A stretch of DNA of 63,749 nt, the filler included, from Thraustochytrium aureum (lineage: Eukaryota): assembly GCA_012862495.1 (NCBI GenBank). It is 7 parts of 2 records of this genome, joined end to end, with 100 filler letters (N's around TTAATTAATTAA, not from the genome) between each part and the next. Parts side by side here need not be neighbours in the genome. Positions count along the whole stretch, not along the records: positions 27,113 to 48,464 come from BLSG01000182.1; positions 48,565 to 50,908 come from BLSG01000182.1; positions 51,009 to 52,277 come from BLSG01000182.1; positions 52,378 to 60,657 come from BLSG01000182.1; 3 more parts are not named here. One strand, given 5' to 3'. The notes beneath the pieces are model-generated. The model saw only the letters and a program-made list of their open reading frames with translations, did no database searches and was not told where the DNA came from. How positions within the stretch are numbered: the stretch's first letter is position 1; every line of letters starts with the position of its first letter. Made by a program: the position numbers and the translations under genes. Below are positions 45,142 through 55,359 of the stretch, piece by piece.

Positions 45142-46740
45142 CTATGGCTTGTTGGCCGCGCCGTCCTTGGCCTTAGCGGCCTTGGCCTTAGAGGCCTTGG
45201 CCTTGGCCCTCTTGTCGTGCACCTCCACGTGCTTGGCGCGGCTGAGCCCAAACGCGTCCACCAGCCAGTTCTCCACGTCGCGCTCGACGCGGCCCTGGAT
45301 GACAACCTCGGAATGTGCGGTCCCAGCTTTGCCTGGCCGGGGTTGCAGAGTTGTCGAACAGCTAAACTTGACTTGGGCATCGCGCGCAACCTGCAAAGGG
45401 TCCAGACCAAAACCCTCCAGGTTCCACACGCGCGTGACGTACTTGCGGCCCTGGCGCTGCTCGGCCTCGATCTCCACCTTCGGAGGGGCCGACTTTTTGA
45501 ACTCTGAGCGGTTCCATCTGCAAAATGCATCTCGAAGCCCACGCTGAGCCTGTCCAGGAATGCTTGCACGAGCTGGCTCTTGTCCATTCGCTCAGGGATC
45601 CGCGCCGCCGCTTGTTTCTTCGCCGACCCGAAGAGCGCGGCGCGCAAGGGCTCGTCATTAAGGAGGACCATGCGCCGGTTGCGGTCGTCCTCCAGGCCGT
45701 GCTTCTCGACGTAGGCAAGCACAAACGACTTGAGCTGGGCTGCTGTAAAGTAGTCGCCGCGCGGTCCGGCGCCTGCCTCGTCGGGGTGCGCGCTGCGCCC
45801 GGCCTCAACGATTCCCCTTGAGGAGTCTTCGTTGGCGCGGTAGTAAACGTGGAGGCGAACGCCTGCGATGGAGGTGCCAGGTCCAGTGCCTGCGGATGCG
45901 AGGGCGGCCGCATCTGCGGCATCTTCGTCCGCCTTTCCCTGCTCGAGGTCAGCGGGCCACGGGCGGAACGAGGTGATTTCAGGGTGGTTGCGCTCGATCG
46001 TCGCAACTAATTCGACGCCGTCCTTGGGGCGCTGCATGGTGATGAGCCCGCGCTCTTCCATGGCAGCCAGGAACTTGCCCACCTTTTTGAACGGCGTCTT
46101 CTTGATGTCCACGGTCGCGCCACGCGGTCGGCTAGGGAGGAGCAGCGTCGAGAAGAACAGATTGCTCAGCATCGGCAGCTGGCGGTCCTTTACGTTGCGC
46201 TTGACGCACTGCAAAAACGTGTGCAGCAGCAGTTCCTCCGGCGCCCACCCTTGGGCGAACTCGGGCGCCGCGACTTGCTGCTGCGACTGGAGATCACCCG
46301 AGCCGGCGCACGCGGGCGCAGCCGGAGGGCCTGGTGCCTCGGCGTCCTCCTTGTGCGCCGAGCTCGTGTTTGCATCGGTTTCGGCAGCGGCGATCTCGGG
46401 GTCGAGGTTGGCGTCTTCGCGGGGTGGTGCCTGTGGCGAGCCGAGCGAAAGACCGATTTCCATGTTTGCGCCAAGCGTTGCTTTGCTGGCTTCGTCGCCG
46501 GCTGGCGTGTTGACCGGTGGCGCCTCGGCTGCTTGGTTTTCGGCAAGCATCTCTGCGCCGCTTGCGTCGCCACTTTCGTCGCCGCTTTCGTCGTCGCTGC
46601 TCTGGAGCACACCTGGGAGCGCAACTACACGGTCCGCAAGGTATTGGGGGTTTGCGTGCGCGACCCGTTCAGCTCCCACAAGTGGTCCCCAAAGTAATGC
46701 AAAACCTGCATGCCCTTCCCGCGGAAGCCGCCTTGATAGA
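45142..46740 (-). CDS. EIF2D: Translation initiation factor eIF2D (ligatin), C-terminal part; PUA region expected in N-gap (frameshift near 45505)
   Basis: VDIKKTPFKKVGKFL winged-helix motif; SWIB-like YFTAAQLKSFVLAYVEKHGL; SUI1-like RQGRKYVTRVWNLEGFGLDP..FSCSTT..EVVIQG. Confidence 0.9.
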
Positions 46741-47762
46741 NNNNNNNNNNNNNNNNNNNNNNNNNNNNNNNNNNNNNNNNNNNNNNNNNNNNNNNNNNNN
46801 NNNNNNNNNNNNNNNNNNNNNNNNNNNNNNNNNNNNNNNNNNNNNNNNNNNNNNNNNNNNNNNNNNNNNNNNNNNNNNNNNNNNNNNNNNNNNNNNNNNN
46901 NNNNNNNNNNNNNNNNNNNNNNNNNNNNNNNNNNNNNNNNNNNNNNNNNNNNNNNNNNNNNNNNNNNNNNNNNNNNNNNNNNNNNNNNNNNNNNNNNNNN
47001 NNNNNNNNNNNNNNNNNNNNNNNNNNNNNNNNNNNNNNNNNNNNNNNNNNNNNNNNNNNNNNNNNNNNNNNNNNNNNNNNNNNNNNNNNNNNNNNNNNNN
47101 NNNNNNNNNNNNNNNNNNNNNNNNNNNNNNNNNNNNNNNNNNNNNNNNNNNNNNNNNNNNNNNNNNNNNNNNNNNNNNNNNNNNNNNNNNNNNNNNNNNN
47201 NNNNNNNNNNNNNNNNNNNNNNNNNNNNNNNNNNNNNNNNNNNNNNNNNNNNNNNNNNNNNNNNNNNNNNNNNNNNNNNNNNNNNNNNNNNNNNNNNNNN
47301 NNNNNNNNNNNNNNNNNNNNNNNNNNNNNNNNNNNNNNNNNNNNNNNNNNNNNNNNNNNNNNNNNNNNNNNNNNNNNNNNNNNNNNNNNNNNNNNNNNNN
47401 NNNNNNNNNNNNNNNNNNNNNNNNNNNNNNNNNNNNNNNNNNNNNNNNNNNNNNNNNNNNNNNNNNNNNNNNNNNNNNNNNNNNNNNNNNNNNNNNNNNN
47501 NNNNNNNNNNNNNNNNNNNNNNNNNNNNNNNNNNNNNNNNNNNNNNNNNNNNNNNNNNNNNNNNNNNNNNNNNNNNNNNNNNNNNNNNNNNNNNNNNNNN
47601 NNNNNNNNNNNNNNNNNACAAACACAGGACAGCAGCAGAGCCCATCGATCATCGATTGGAGGCTGGAGCGAGCCGACGGGCAGGAGGCGGTGCGGGCGAG
47701 TGGCGGTGCGCGGCGCGGTCGTCGAGGCGGCTTGGGAGGGTTGGGGGCCTGCAGGGGGCGCC

Positions 47763-48464
47763 ATGGCGTTTTTGCTGGCGGGCGTGGCGCTCGGCGCGAC
47801 GGCCGTCGCGCTGAGCGAGCGCGACAGGCAGTACTATCAGACGTCGAAGTACTCGATGGACTACCTGGGGAACAAGAACGGGCTGGATATCTACAAGGAT
47901 CGCGTGAGCGGGTTTTACTACACGGATGACGGCTGGGATGTGCGCCGCGTCGGCAAGTCGGGGTGGCGCCCCCACCCGATCGACCTGGAGCGCCTCAAGT
48001 CCAAGCTGTCGAAATACTCGCCAAACCAGGTCCGCTTTTCCGGGTACATTCTCGCCACGTACATCGACAAGGAGCAGCAGCTGTGGAACACCATTTTCAA
48101 GCGGTTCGAAATGCCCAAGCAGCCGAGCAAACCGCACTTCGCCCGCGGCCTGCGCAAGGCGCGGTGGGAAAAGTACGACGAGGAGGTCGAGCAGTATGAG
48201 GCTGCCGCCGAGCGCGCCAAGGCCGTGTTCCGCGACGAATGCGAGGCCTGGGAACTTGAAGAAGCAAGAGTACAACGGCTCGCACGAGCAGGCCACTGCT
48301 GGTGGCGACCTGCTCCAGGCAGCGTTCAACCCGACTCCAAAGCCCGCCGTGGAGACCTTCAAGATTACAGTCCCGGCCGACAAGCGCCCGGGCGATACGA
48401 TCAGTGTGCAGGCCGGCGGGAAAACGGTGCAAGTGATGATCCCTTCGGGCTCGGCCCCCGGAAC
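47763..48464 (+). CDS. Uncharacterised protein, 3'-truncated, ending in a VP-x3-PG beta motif (frameshift near 48251)
   Basis: ATG at 47763 with strongly biased codons; removing one G from TGGGAAC gives WNLKKQEY..FKITVPADKRPGDTISVQAGGKTVQVMIPSGSAPG. Confidence 0.7.
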
Positions 48465-48564
48465 NNNNNNNNNNNNNNNNNNNNNNNNNNNNNNNNNNNN
48501 NNNNNNNNTTAATTAATTAANNNNNNNNNNNNNNNNNNNNNNNNNNNNNNNNNNNNNNNNNNNN
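48465..48564. other. Artificial scaffold linker
   Basis: TTAATTAATTAA at 48509-48520 within N runs. Confidence 0.97.
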
Positions 48565-49414
48565 GTTCTCAAGGACGAAGCGCAGGTACCGCCGTTCGTA
48601 CTCTTTCGGGGAAACGGCGAGGTTTGTGGTTTGGTCGACGTACTGCGGGCCGGAGCCGCGCTCGCGCGAGCTCCGGATCGAGACCTTTGTGGCCTGCTCG
48701 ATTCGGCGTTTCTCCTGCTTGGCCTGGTCGTTCATACCCAGAACGATCGGCTTGAGAGCTTTAATCTCCTTGCGCGCCGGCTCGCGGTTGCGCGGCGGGC
48801 TCGCGACCAGGCGCTCCTTGTCGGCGTTGGAACCAGCGATAGGTCGTAGCCGTAATGGTCGCGGAGGTGGCCAACGAGGCCCTGCGCGCACCGCTCAGGG
48901 CTGCGAACGAACGAGCGCACCATGCTCCGGAGCGTGTCCTCCTCGCTGCGGGTGTCGCAGCACAAGAGCGGCTCGGGCGACTTGGCCGAGGGCGATCCGT
49001 CTTTGCTCGGCACGGGTTGCAGTCCTGAGCCTGCGAAAGCTGCCTCGCTCTGCGGGCCTGGAGATGCCAGAGGCCCGGTTTCGCTAGATGTGGCCTCGTC
49101 TCTGGGCGAACTCTCGCCGCGCTGCTCGCTCGGTGGCGCCGCCCGCCCCTCGTCGTCCTCGTCGCCCTCGTCGACCAGCCGAGTCATGTCCTCCAGTGAA
49201 ATACTGGCGCGCCGGTCGGCGCGCGACTTGCGGCCCCGTCGCCTCCGAGCGGGGCTCTCGCTGTTGAGGGTCTCCCGCTCGCTCGGCTCCCAGCCCCTGG
49301 CGCTTCAACGGCGGGCGACAAAATACTTGGGCTAGCACTGGATGGCGCCTCAGCCGGTGTTGGCGACGTGGTCTGGTGAGCTGGTGCTCGAGACGTTTGC
49401 AGCTCGGTTTCCAT
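48565..49414 (-). CDS. Uncharacterised protein, 3'-truncated (probable frameshifts near 49292 and 48841)
   Basis: METELQ at 49414; overlapping minus-strand ORFs ending in PQYVDQTTNLAVSPKEYERRYLRF. The joins are inferred. Confidence 0.55.
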
Positions 49415-50218
49415 GGTCGGGCTCGAATCGGCAGCCGCCCATGCCGCCGCGCTCGTTTGCCTGATCTGAGAGGACCGCACGAGGCACGAAAGCAGGCTGT
49501 GCATGCGCTCCGCCTCGTGCTCGCCCCGTGGCAGGCCGGTGGACGGCGAGCCGGGCTGCTCTCGCACCTGCCGCCCTACGTCAAACGCGAACGCTAGGCG
49601 NNNNNNNNNNNNNNNNNNNNTCCGCCGCCGCCGTTTGCAGCATACCTACAGCTCGACCGGGTCGACTTCCCACGGGCTTGGCGCGGACGGGCCGCCGCCG
49701 CCACCGGCTTTGTACTCGAAGCCCCCCCAAGCCACAGCAAAGGCGCGGCCGCCTGCGCCAGGACGCGCCCCCCCCGGCCCGCCCCCTGAGGCGATCAAAC
49801 CGTCGCTGTCGTTCAAGTCGTCCTTTCAGCTCTGACGCGGCAAGCACGCCAAGGGAAACGAAGGTGGGGGTAAGAGCCGATTTTTTCCCGCGTTGTCCAG
49901 CGCGGCGAAACCAACTGGCCGGCGTGTGGCGCAGGCGTGCGACGCCGCTGCGCGAGCACTTGGCATAAAATAAACCGGGCTTGTTTCATCTTCTCAACCT
50001 CTCGCCGCACTCGTCAGAGCGCGCAGCCTCGCAAAGCTGCGGCTTTCTCTACTTGTGCGGCTCCAGTCGCCGGTGCCTGGCCTCAGTCTCGCACAATGCA
50101 GTTTCACTTTCCTTGTCCGGGCAAGGCCCTTCGCAATCGCCAAACCAGGTCTCCGGACCACTCTTTCTCACGCTTGCTCCTCTTCAGCAGCCAGCGCACG
50201 TGCCGCAGGCGAGCGCCC

Positions 50219-50908
50219 TCAGTGCACTTGCGCTTTGGCGCTCCAGATGACGCGCTTGTTCGAGCAAGGAGCGGACTCGCCCACGAGCGTTGCGGTTGCG
50301 GGCCCCTCCCCGGCGTCTTGGGCATCGTCGCTCAGATACTCGAGGACGTCCTCGACACAAATACTCTTGCGGCGCCTTTCGCCAGCCTTGGACCGGCGAC
50401 GAGCTGCCGGACTAGCCGGCGCCCCCTGGGCGACTGGCTCGTCACGGCGAAGCGAGACCGGGATCGCGTCTTCGACGCGCACCGAGTCTGCGCAACGCGA
50501 CCTCTGCGCAAACTTGTCTTCCAGGCGGGCCTTTGTCGCCCAGAACCGAGCGAGCGCTTCGTCGAATTCGGCGTGCAGGCGCGCCTCGGCGAGAGCCATG
50601 GCCTCCTCAAAGTTTGCGGCGTCCTGCGGTGCGGCTGGCGCCACGCCAGCGTTTGCCTGATCGCAGAAAACCTTGATACTCGGGCTCTTGGCGCAGGGTC
50701 GTCGCTCTTCGCTCGGGGTCTGGGCGCGGCCAGAGCGCGGGACGGGTTCGGGATGCAGTCGCAGGGCGACTTGGCCGACCGGGTTTACAGCTTTCCCGAG
50801 CGGCGTACTAGCCAGTGCGGGCCGATCTCCCAAATCGTGCTCCTGCTGGGGGCTGCCTGCGAGGCTCGCAGGCTCGGGCTCGTGAATCTCATTTGGCTCG
50901 TGAATCTC
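50219..50908 (-). CDS. 3' fragment of an uncharacterised protein
   Basis: Open frame with amphipathic helix FEEAMALAEARLHAEFDEALARFW; RRRKSICVEDV resembles RRASISLEDM in the neighbouring gene. Confidence 0.5.
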   Translation of the reverse strand, partial: EIHEPNEIHEPEPASLAGSPQQEHDLGDRPALASTPLGKAVNPVGQVALRLHPEPVPRSGRAQTPSEERRPCAKSPSIKVFCDQANAGVAPAAPQDAANFEEAMALAEARLHAEFDEALARFWATKARLEDKFAQRSRCADSVRVEDAIPVSLRRDEPVAQGAPASPAARRRSKAGERRRKSICVEDVLEYLSDDAQDAGEGPATATLVGESAPCSNKRVIWSAKAQVH

Positions 50909-51008
50909 NNNNNNNNNNNNNNNNNNNNNNNNNNNNNNNNNNNNNNNNNNNNTTAATTAATTAANNNNNNNNNNNNNNNNNNNNNNNNNNNNNNNNNNNN
51001 NNNNNNNN
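50909..51008. other. Artificial scaffold linker
   Basis: TTAATTAATTAA at 50953-50964 within N runs. Confidence 0.97.
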
Positions 51009-52277
51009 ACGCACAGCGGCGCGCGGCCCCACAAGGCCGTCCTCTACCGCGTCCCTCAGCCGATGCGCGTCTGCCGAGACTCGTGTTCTCCGTCGCCTTT
51101 TCCGTCTCCCTCGCGCGCGGCGGTTGTTGCTCTCGCGGGTCTCAAACGCGCTCGGCGATGCGCGCGCTCGGCGATGCGCAGCAGAGAACAACGAACAGCG
51201 GCTTGGCACGGATGTTAGCATTTGCGGGGGGCTGGCGCAGTACAGAATTACAAGCTTGCGCGAGGCGAGCGACTAGGAGGTCTTAGCGCGGCTAGCCACC
51301 GAACTTTCGGAATCTGTGGCGGGCAGGTCTGCTGTTAGCATTTGCGTGCGGGAAGCCACATGGCACGGCCTCCCAATCGGTCAAATACGTGCTAAGACGC
51401 CTTATGCGCGCTAGGCCGGGGTGCGGAAAAAGTGGCGTGGAGGGTGTCAACATTTGTCCTCGCGTCGGCCTTTTTTTTGTTCTAACTTTTGCAAGTGGGT
51501 CGCTAGGGGGTCCTACCCCATCTACCATTTTCAGAACAGAAAACAACCTCGGATTATCGGATAGTAACGTTTTGGAGAGCCGTTGGGCCTGCTTGTCGCT
51601 GTCCTGCGGCAACTTGATGGCCTGCAGCGAATGATCAGCGAGTTTGCGCCGGCCAACTCGAAGATGCGATGCTTCATGATCGACGTGGTTCGACCTGCTA
51701 CAGCTCCTTTTCAGCGAAGGTCGCAAGCAAAGTGGTCCGCCTTTGGAGACATGTTGGCTGACTGCTTGAGTGGTCTTGCTTTTCGAAGGCTCTCTGGTGC
51801 TGAGCGCTGCGATGCTGCTCTTCGAGTCCACGCTCCAATCCTCTGTTCCCCGTTGCGGTGACGACCTATGTGTCTGCTAGGTATTCACCTGGATGTCAAC
51901 AGTGCTCAACACTGTAAACCTCTCTAGAGAGAGGTTTGGTTAGGTTTAGTTAAATACTAACACCCGCTGATGAACAAAACGAGCATGGGAGAACCTGCGC
52001 CGTGTAAGGGGCTCGGTGCGCACCTCCTTCCGAGCGGGTTCCCCGAGGTTACTACGTCGTTGCACGGCGCAAGAGCAGGAAAGCAGGTTTCCCCCTTCGG
52101 GCCTCGCGCATCAGCGTCCCACACCTTGACCCGGAAGTGAGCTCCTCCTCCGCAGCGCTCCTTCAAGAGCGAAGCACAATCGTCTCCCTTCCTCCGCGGT
52201 GGATCGAATCAACGTGACGGCTTCATTCATTCGCAAAGCAAGTACCGGAACCAGTAGTACTTACTAGTAAGCAAGTA

Positions 52278-52377
52278 NNNNNNNNNNNNNNNNNNNNNNN
52301 NNNNNNNNNNNNNNNNNNNNNTTAATTAATTAANNNNNNNNNNNNNNNNNNNNNNNNNNNNNNNNNNNNNNNNNNNN
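52278..52377. other. Artificial scaffold linker
   Basis: TTAATTAATTAA at 52322-52333 within N runs. Confidence 0.97.
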
Positions 52378-52978
52378 GGACCTCTTGATGGAGGAGCACA
52401 ACCGCCGTCAGGTGATGACCATCTTCGCCATGTTCGACGGCTCGGCGCCCTCATGGTGGTCCACGACGGGCTTCCTCCGCGACGTGGTGGCCCCGTTCAT
52501 CCTGTACCGCTTCTTCGTCTTGCCGCTTCCGTTTTTGTTCATCCTGGGCAAGACGGCGTTCTGGAACGCGGTCACCAACCTCGTCCTCTCGGACTTGCTC
52601 TGCAACGTGCACTCGTTCCTTTGCGTTGTGCCCAACCACGCCGGCTCGGACCTGTACTGGTTTGACGACCACTGTGAGCCCAACTCGGACGAGTTTTTCC
52701 TGCGCCAGGTCATCGGCTCTGTCGACTTTAGCGCGGGCAGCGACCCGGTGGACTTTTTCCACGGCTTTCTCAACTACCAGATCGAGCACCACCTGTGGCC
52801 GCAGCACAGCATGCTCAGCTACCAGAAGGCGCACCCGATCGTCAAGGAGATTTGCAAGAGGCACGGAGTGCCGTTCCGCCAGCACAACGTGTTTTACCGC
52901 CTCCACAAGACCCTCCAGATCTTTGTTGGCAGCGAGGACATGCGCCTCTTTCCGTCCAAGCTTCTCAAGCGCGACTAG
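52378..52978 (+). CDS. Membrane fatty acid desaturase, C-terminal fragment
   Basis: VPNHAGSDLYWF, LRQVIGSVDF, third His box GFLNYQIEHHLWP, VKEICKRHGVPF. Confidence 0.92.
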
Positions 52979-53252
52979 ACCATAGCAGGCGACCCCCTCT
53001 ACCACCCGTGTTTATGACCATTTGCTGCTGATGGGAGCGTGAGCTGAGTCAAACGACGGCTCGAGAGTCTGCCGCCGACGTGGACAACAAAACAACCGCG
53101 CGACGGCTCGGAGACGCAACCGTTGCCACAATGCATCCTCTCGTTGGCCCTCGGTTCCAGGCCTTGCCACGCAAGCGCCCGAACGACTGACCCCTGAAAC
53201 GACAACCAGCGCCTTTAAAAACTACGAATTACGTGCCCCATCCACGCGCAAT

Positions 53253-54555
53253 CTACAGTCGCGAACGCCCAAGCACGGCGATCGCGCCGGCCGCCACCGC
53301 GCACGCAGCCAGCGTTTTGACCGGGACCTGCGAGTCCTGCGGACCTTCGCCGCGGCGCCGGAGTCCGCACTCCGCCTTGCATTCCTTAAAGTCCACGACG
53401 TGGTGGAAAAACGTTTGAATGTCGAGCTTCAGCGCCTCCGGCTGCTCCCAGGCAGCAAAGTGCCCTCCCCGCTGGAAACGCGACCAGTGCTTGAGGTTGT
53501 GTGTCAGCGAAATCCACTGCTTCGGGCTGCACAGCACCTCGCCGGGAAAGTTGGCGACCCCGGTCGGGACCGAGCAATAGCCCAGCTCGCCCATCCTGTC
53601 AGCGACACCAGCTGAAAACGGCATCGTCTCAAAGTAGAACCGCGCCGCGCTCGCCGCTGTGCCCGTAAACCAGTAGATGCTCATGTTGGTCAGCATCTCG
53701 TCCTTCGAGAGCGCCGGCGAGTCGGACCCCGGGTGGTGGGTCCAAGCGTGCATTTTCTCGAGAATCCAGCTCGCGAGCGCTGTCGGCGAGTCGTTCAACC
53801 CCACGCCGATCATCATGGGCTTGGTCATGTTGAGCAAAAAGTACGACGACCCGTCTTTCAAGTAGGCCTTCAATCGCTCGACGGCCTTTCGCTCCGACTC
53901 GTCCAAGGCAAGCCACGGCATCATCAGGTCGCGGGCCATTACAATGCGCTGGAACAGCCCACGGCCGCTCAGCAGTGGCATGGCCGCCGGGACGGGCAAG
54001 TTGACGTGCATCGCGGCCACGCGGTCAGGGAACTTTTGCGCCATGGCCTCGCACACCGCCCCGCCCCAGTCCCCGCCTTGCACGCAATAGTGCGAGTAGC
54101 CGAGCTGGACCATCAACTTGTTGAACAGTGCCGCAGTCTCCATGACCCCGTACCCGCGGTTTCCGTCCACCTTGCTCCAGCCAAAGCCGGGCAGGCTAGG
54201 AGCCACTACGTGGAACGGGTGCGTGTTGTCCTGCATCAGCTTCGGGATCAGCTTGTCTGCAAGTGCGTTAGCTTCGCGACAGAGACGTGCGGCACCGCGA
54301 AAACAGCCGTGGCCTCCTGCCCGCCATCTTGCTCTGCAACAAATTCGTGTGCCAAAACGTACGGAATTCAAACACGCTCCCGGGCCAGCCATGCACGAGC
54401 AGCAGCGGGATCGCGTCAGGGCTCGGGCTCTTCTCGTGGATAAAATGCACGTCGACGTCGTCCACTTTGCCCACAAAGTTGCTCAGCGCGTTGAGCTTGG
54501 CCTCCGCATCGCGCCAGTCAAACTCGTGCTCCCAATACTCGAGCAGCTCTTCCAG
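53253..54555 (-). CDS. Microsomal-type epoxide hydrolase (EHN + alpha/beta hydrolase), one intron at 54257-54362; 5' end in N-gap
   Basis: LLEYWEHEFDWRDAEAKLN, VHFIH, PLLLVHGWPGSVFEF, HVVAPSLPGFGWS, QGGDWG (nucleophile Asp), GGHFAAWEQP. Confidence 0.95.
54257..54362 (-). other. Spliceosomal intron, 106 nt
   Basis: Donor GTACGT, branch site GCTAAC, acceptor TGCAG; removal restores VFEF-H-KLIPKL in frame. Confidence 0.9.
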
Positions 54556-55359
54556 NNNNNNNNNNNNNNNNNNNNNNNNNNNNNNNNNNNNNNNNNNNNN
54601 NNNNNNNNNNNNNNNNNNNNNNNNNNNNNNNNNNNNNNNNNNNNNNNNNNNNNNNNNNNNNNNNNNNNNNNNNNNNNNNNNNNNNNNNNNNNNNNNNNNN
54701 NNNNNNNNNNNNNNNNNNNNNNNNNNNNNNNNNNNNNNNNNNNNNNNNNNNNNNNNNNNNNNNNNNNNNNNNNNNNNNNNNNNNNNNNNNNNNNNNNNNN
54801 NNNNNNNNNNNNNNNNNNNNNNNNNNNNNNNNNNNNNNNNNNNNNNNNNNNNNNNNNNNNNNNNNNNNNNNNNNNNNNNNNNNNNNNNNNNNNNNNNNNN
54901 NNNNNNNNNNNNNNNNNNNNNNNNNNNNNNNNNNNNNNNNNNNNNNNNNNNNNNNNNNNNNNNNNNNNNNNNNNNNNNNNNNNNNNNNNNNNNNNNNNNN
55001 NNNNNNNNNNNNNNNNNNNNNNNNNNNNNNNNNNNNNNNNNNNNNNNNNNNNNNNNNNNNNNNNNNNNNNNNNNNNNNNNNNNNNNNNNNNNNNNNNNNN
55101 NNNNNNNNNNNNNNNNNNNNNNNNNNNNNNNNNNNNNNNNNNNNNNNNNNNNNNNNNNNNNNNNNNNNNNNNNNNNNNNNNNNNNNNNNNNNNNNNNNNN
55201 NNNNNNNNNNNNNNNNNNNNNNNNNNNNNNNNNNNNNNNNNNNNNNNNNNNNNNNNNNNNNNNNNNNNNNNNNNNNNNNNNNNNNNNNNNNNNNNNNNNN
55301 NNNNNNNNNNNNNNNNNNNNNNNNNNNNNNNNNNNNNNNNNNNNNNNNNNNNNNNNNNG

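Noticed and set aside
51292..51831. 179-aa minus-strand ORF
   Set aside because: No ATG start, codon usage unlike the real genes, no recognisable motif.
51933..51952. GGTTAGGTTTAG as telomeric repeat
   Set aside because: Only about two imperfect units, internal to the scaffold.
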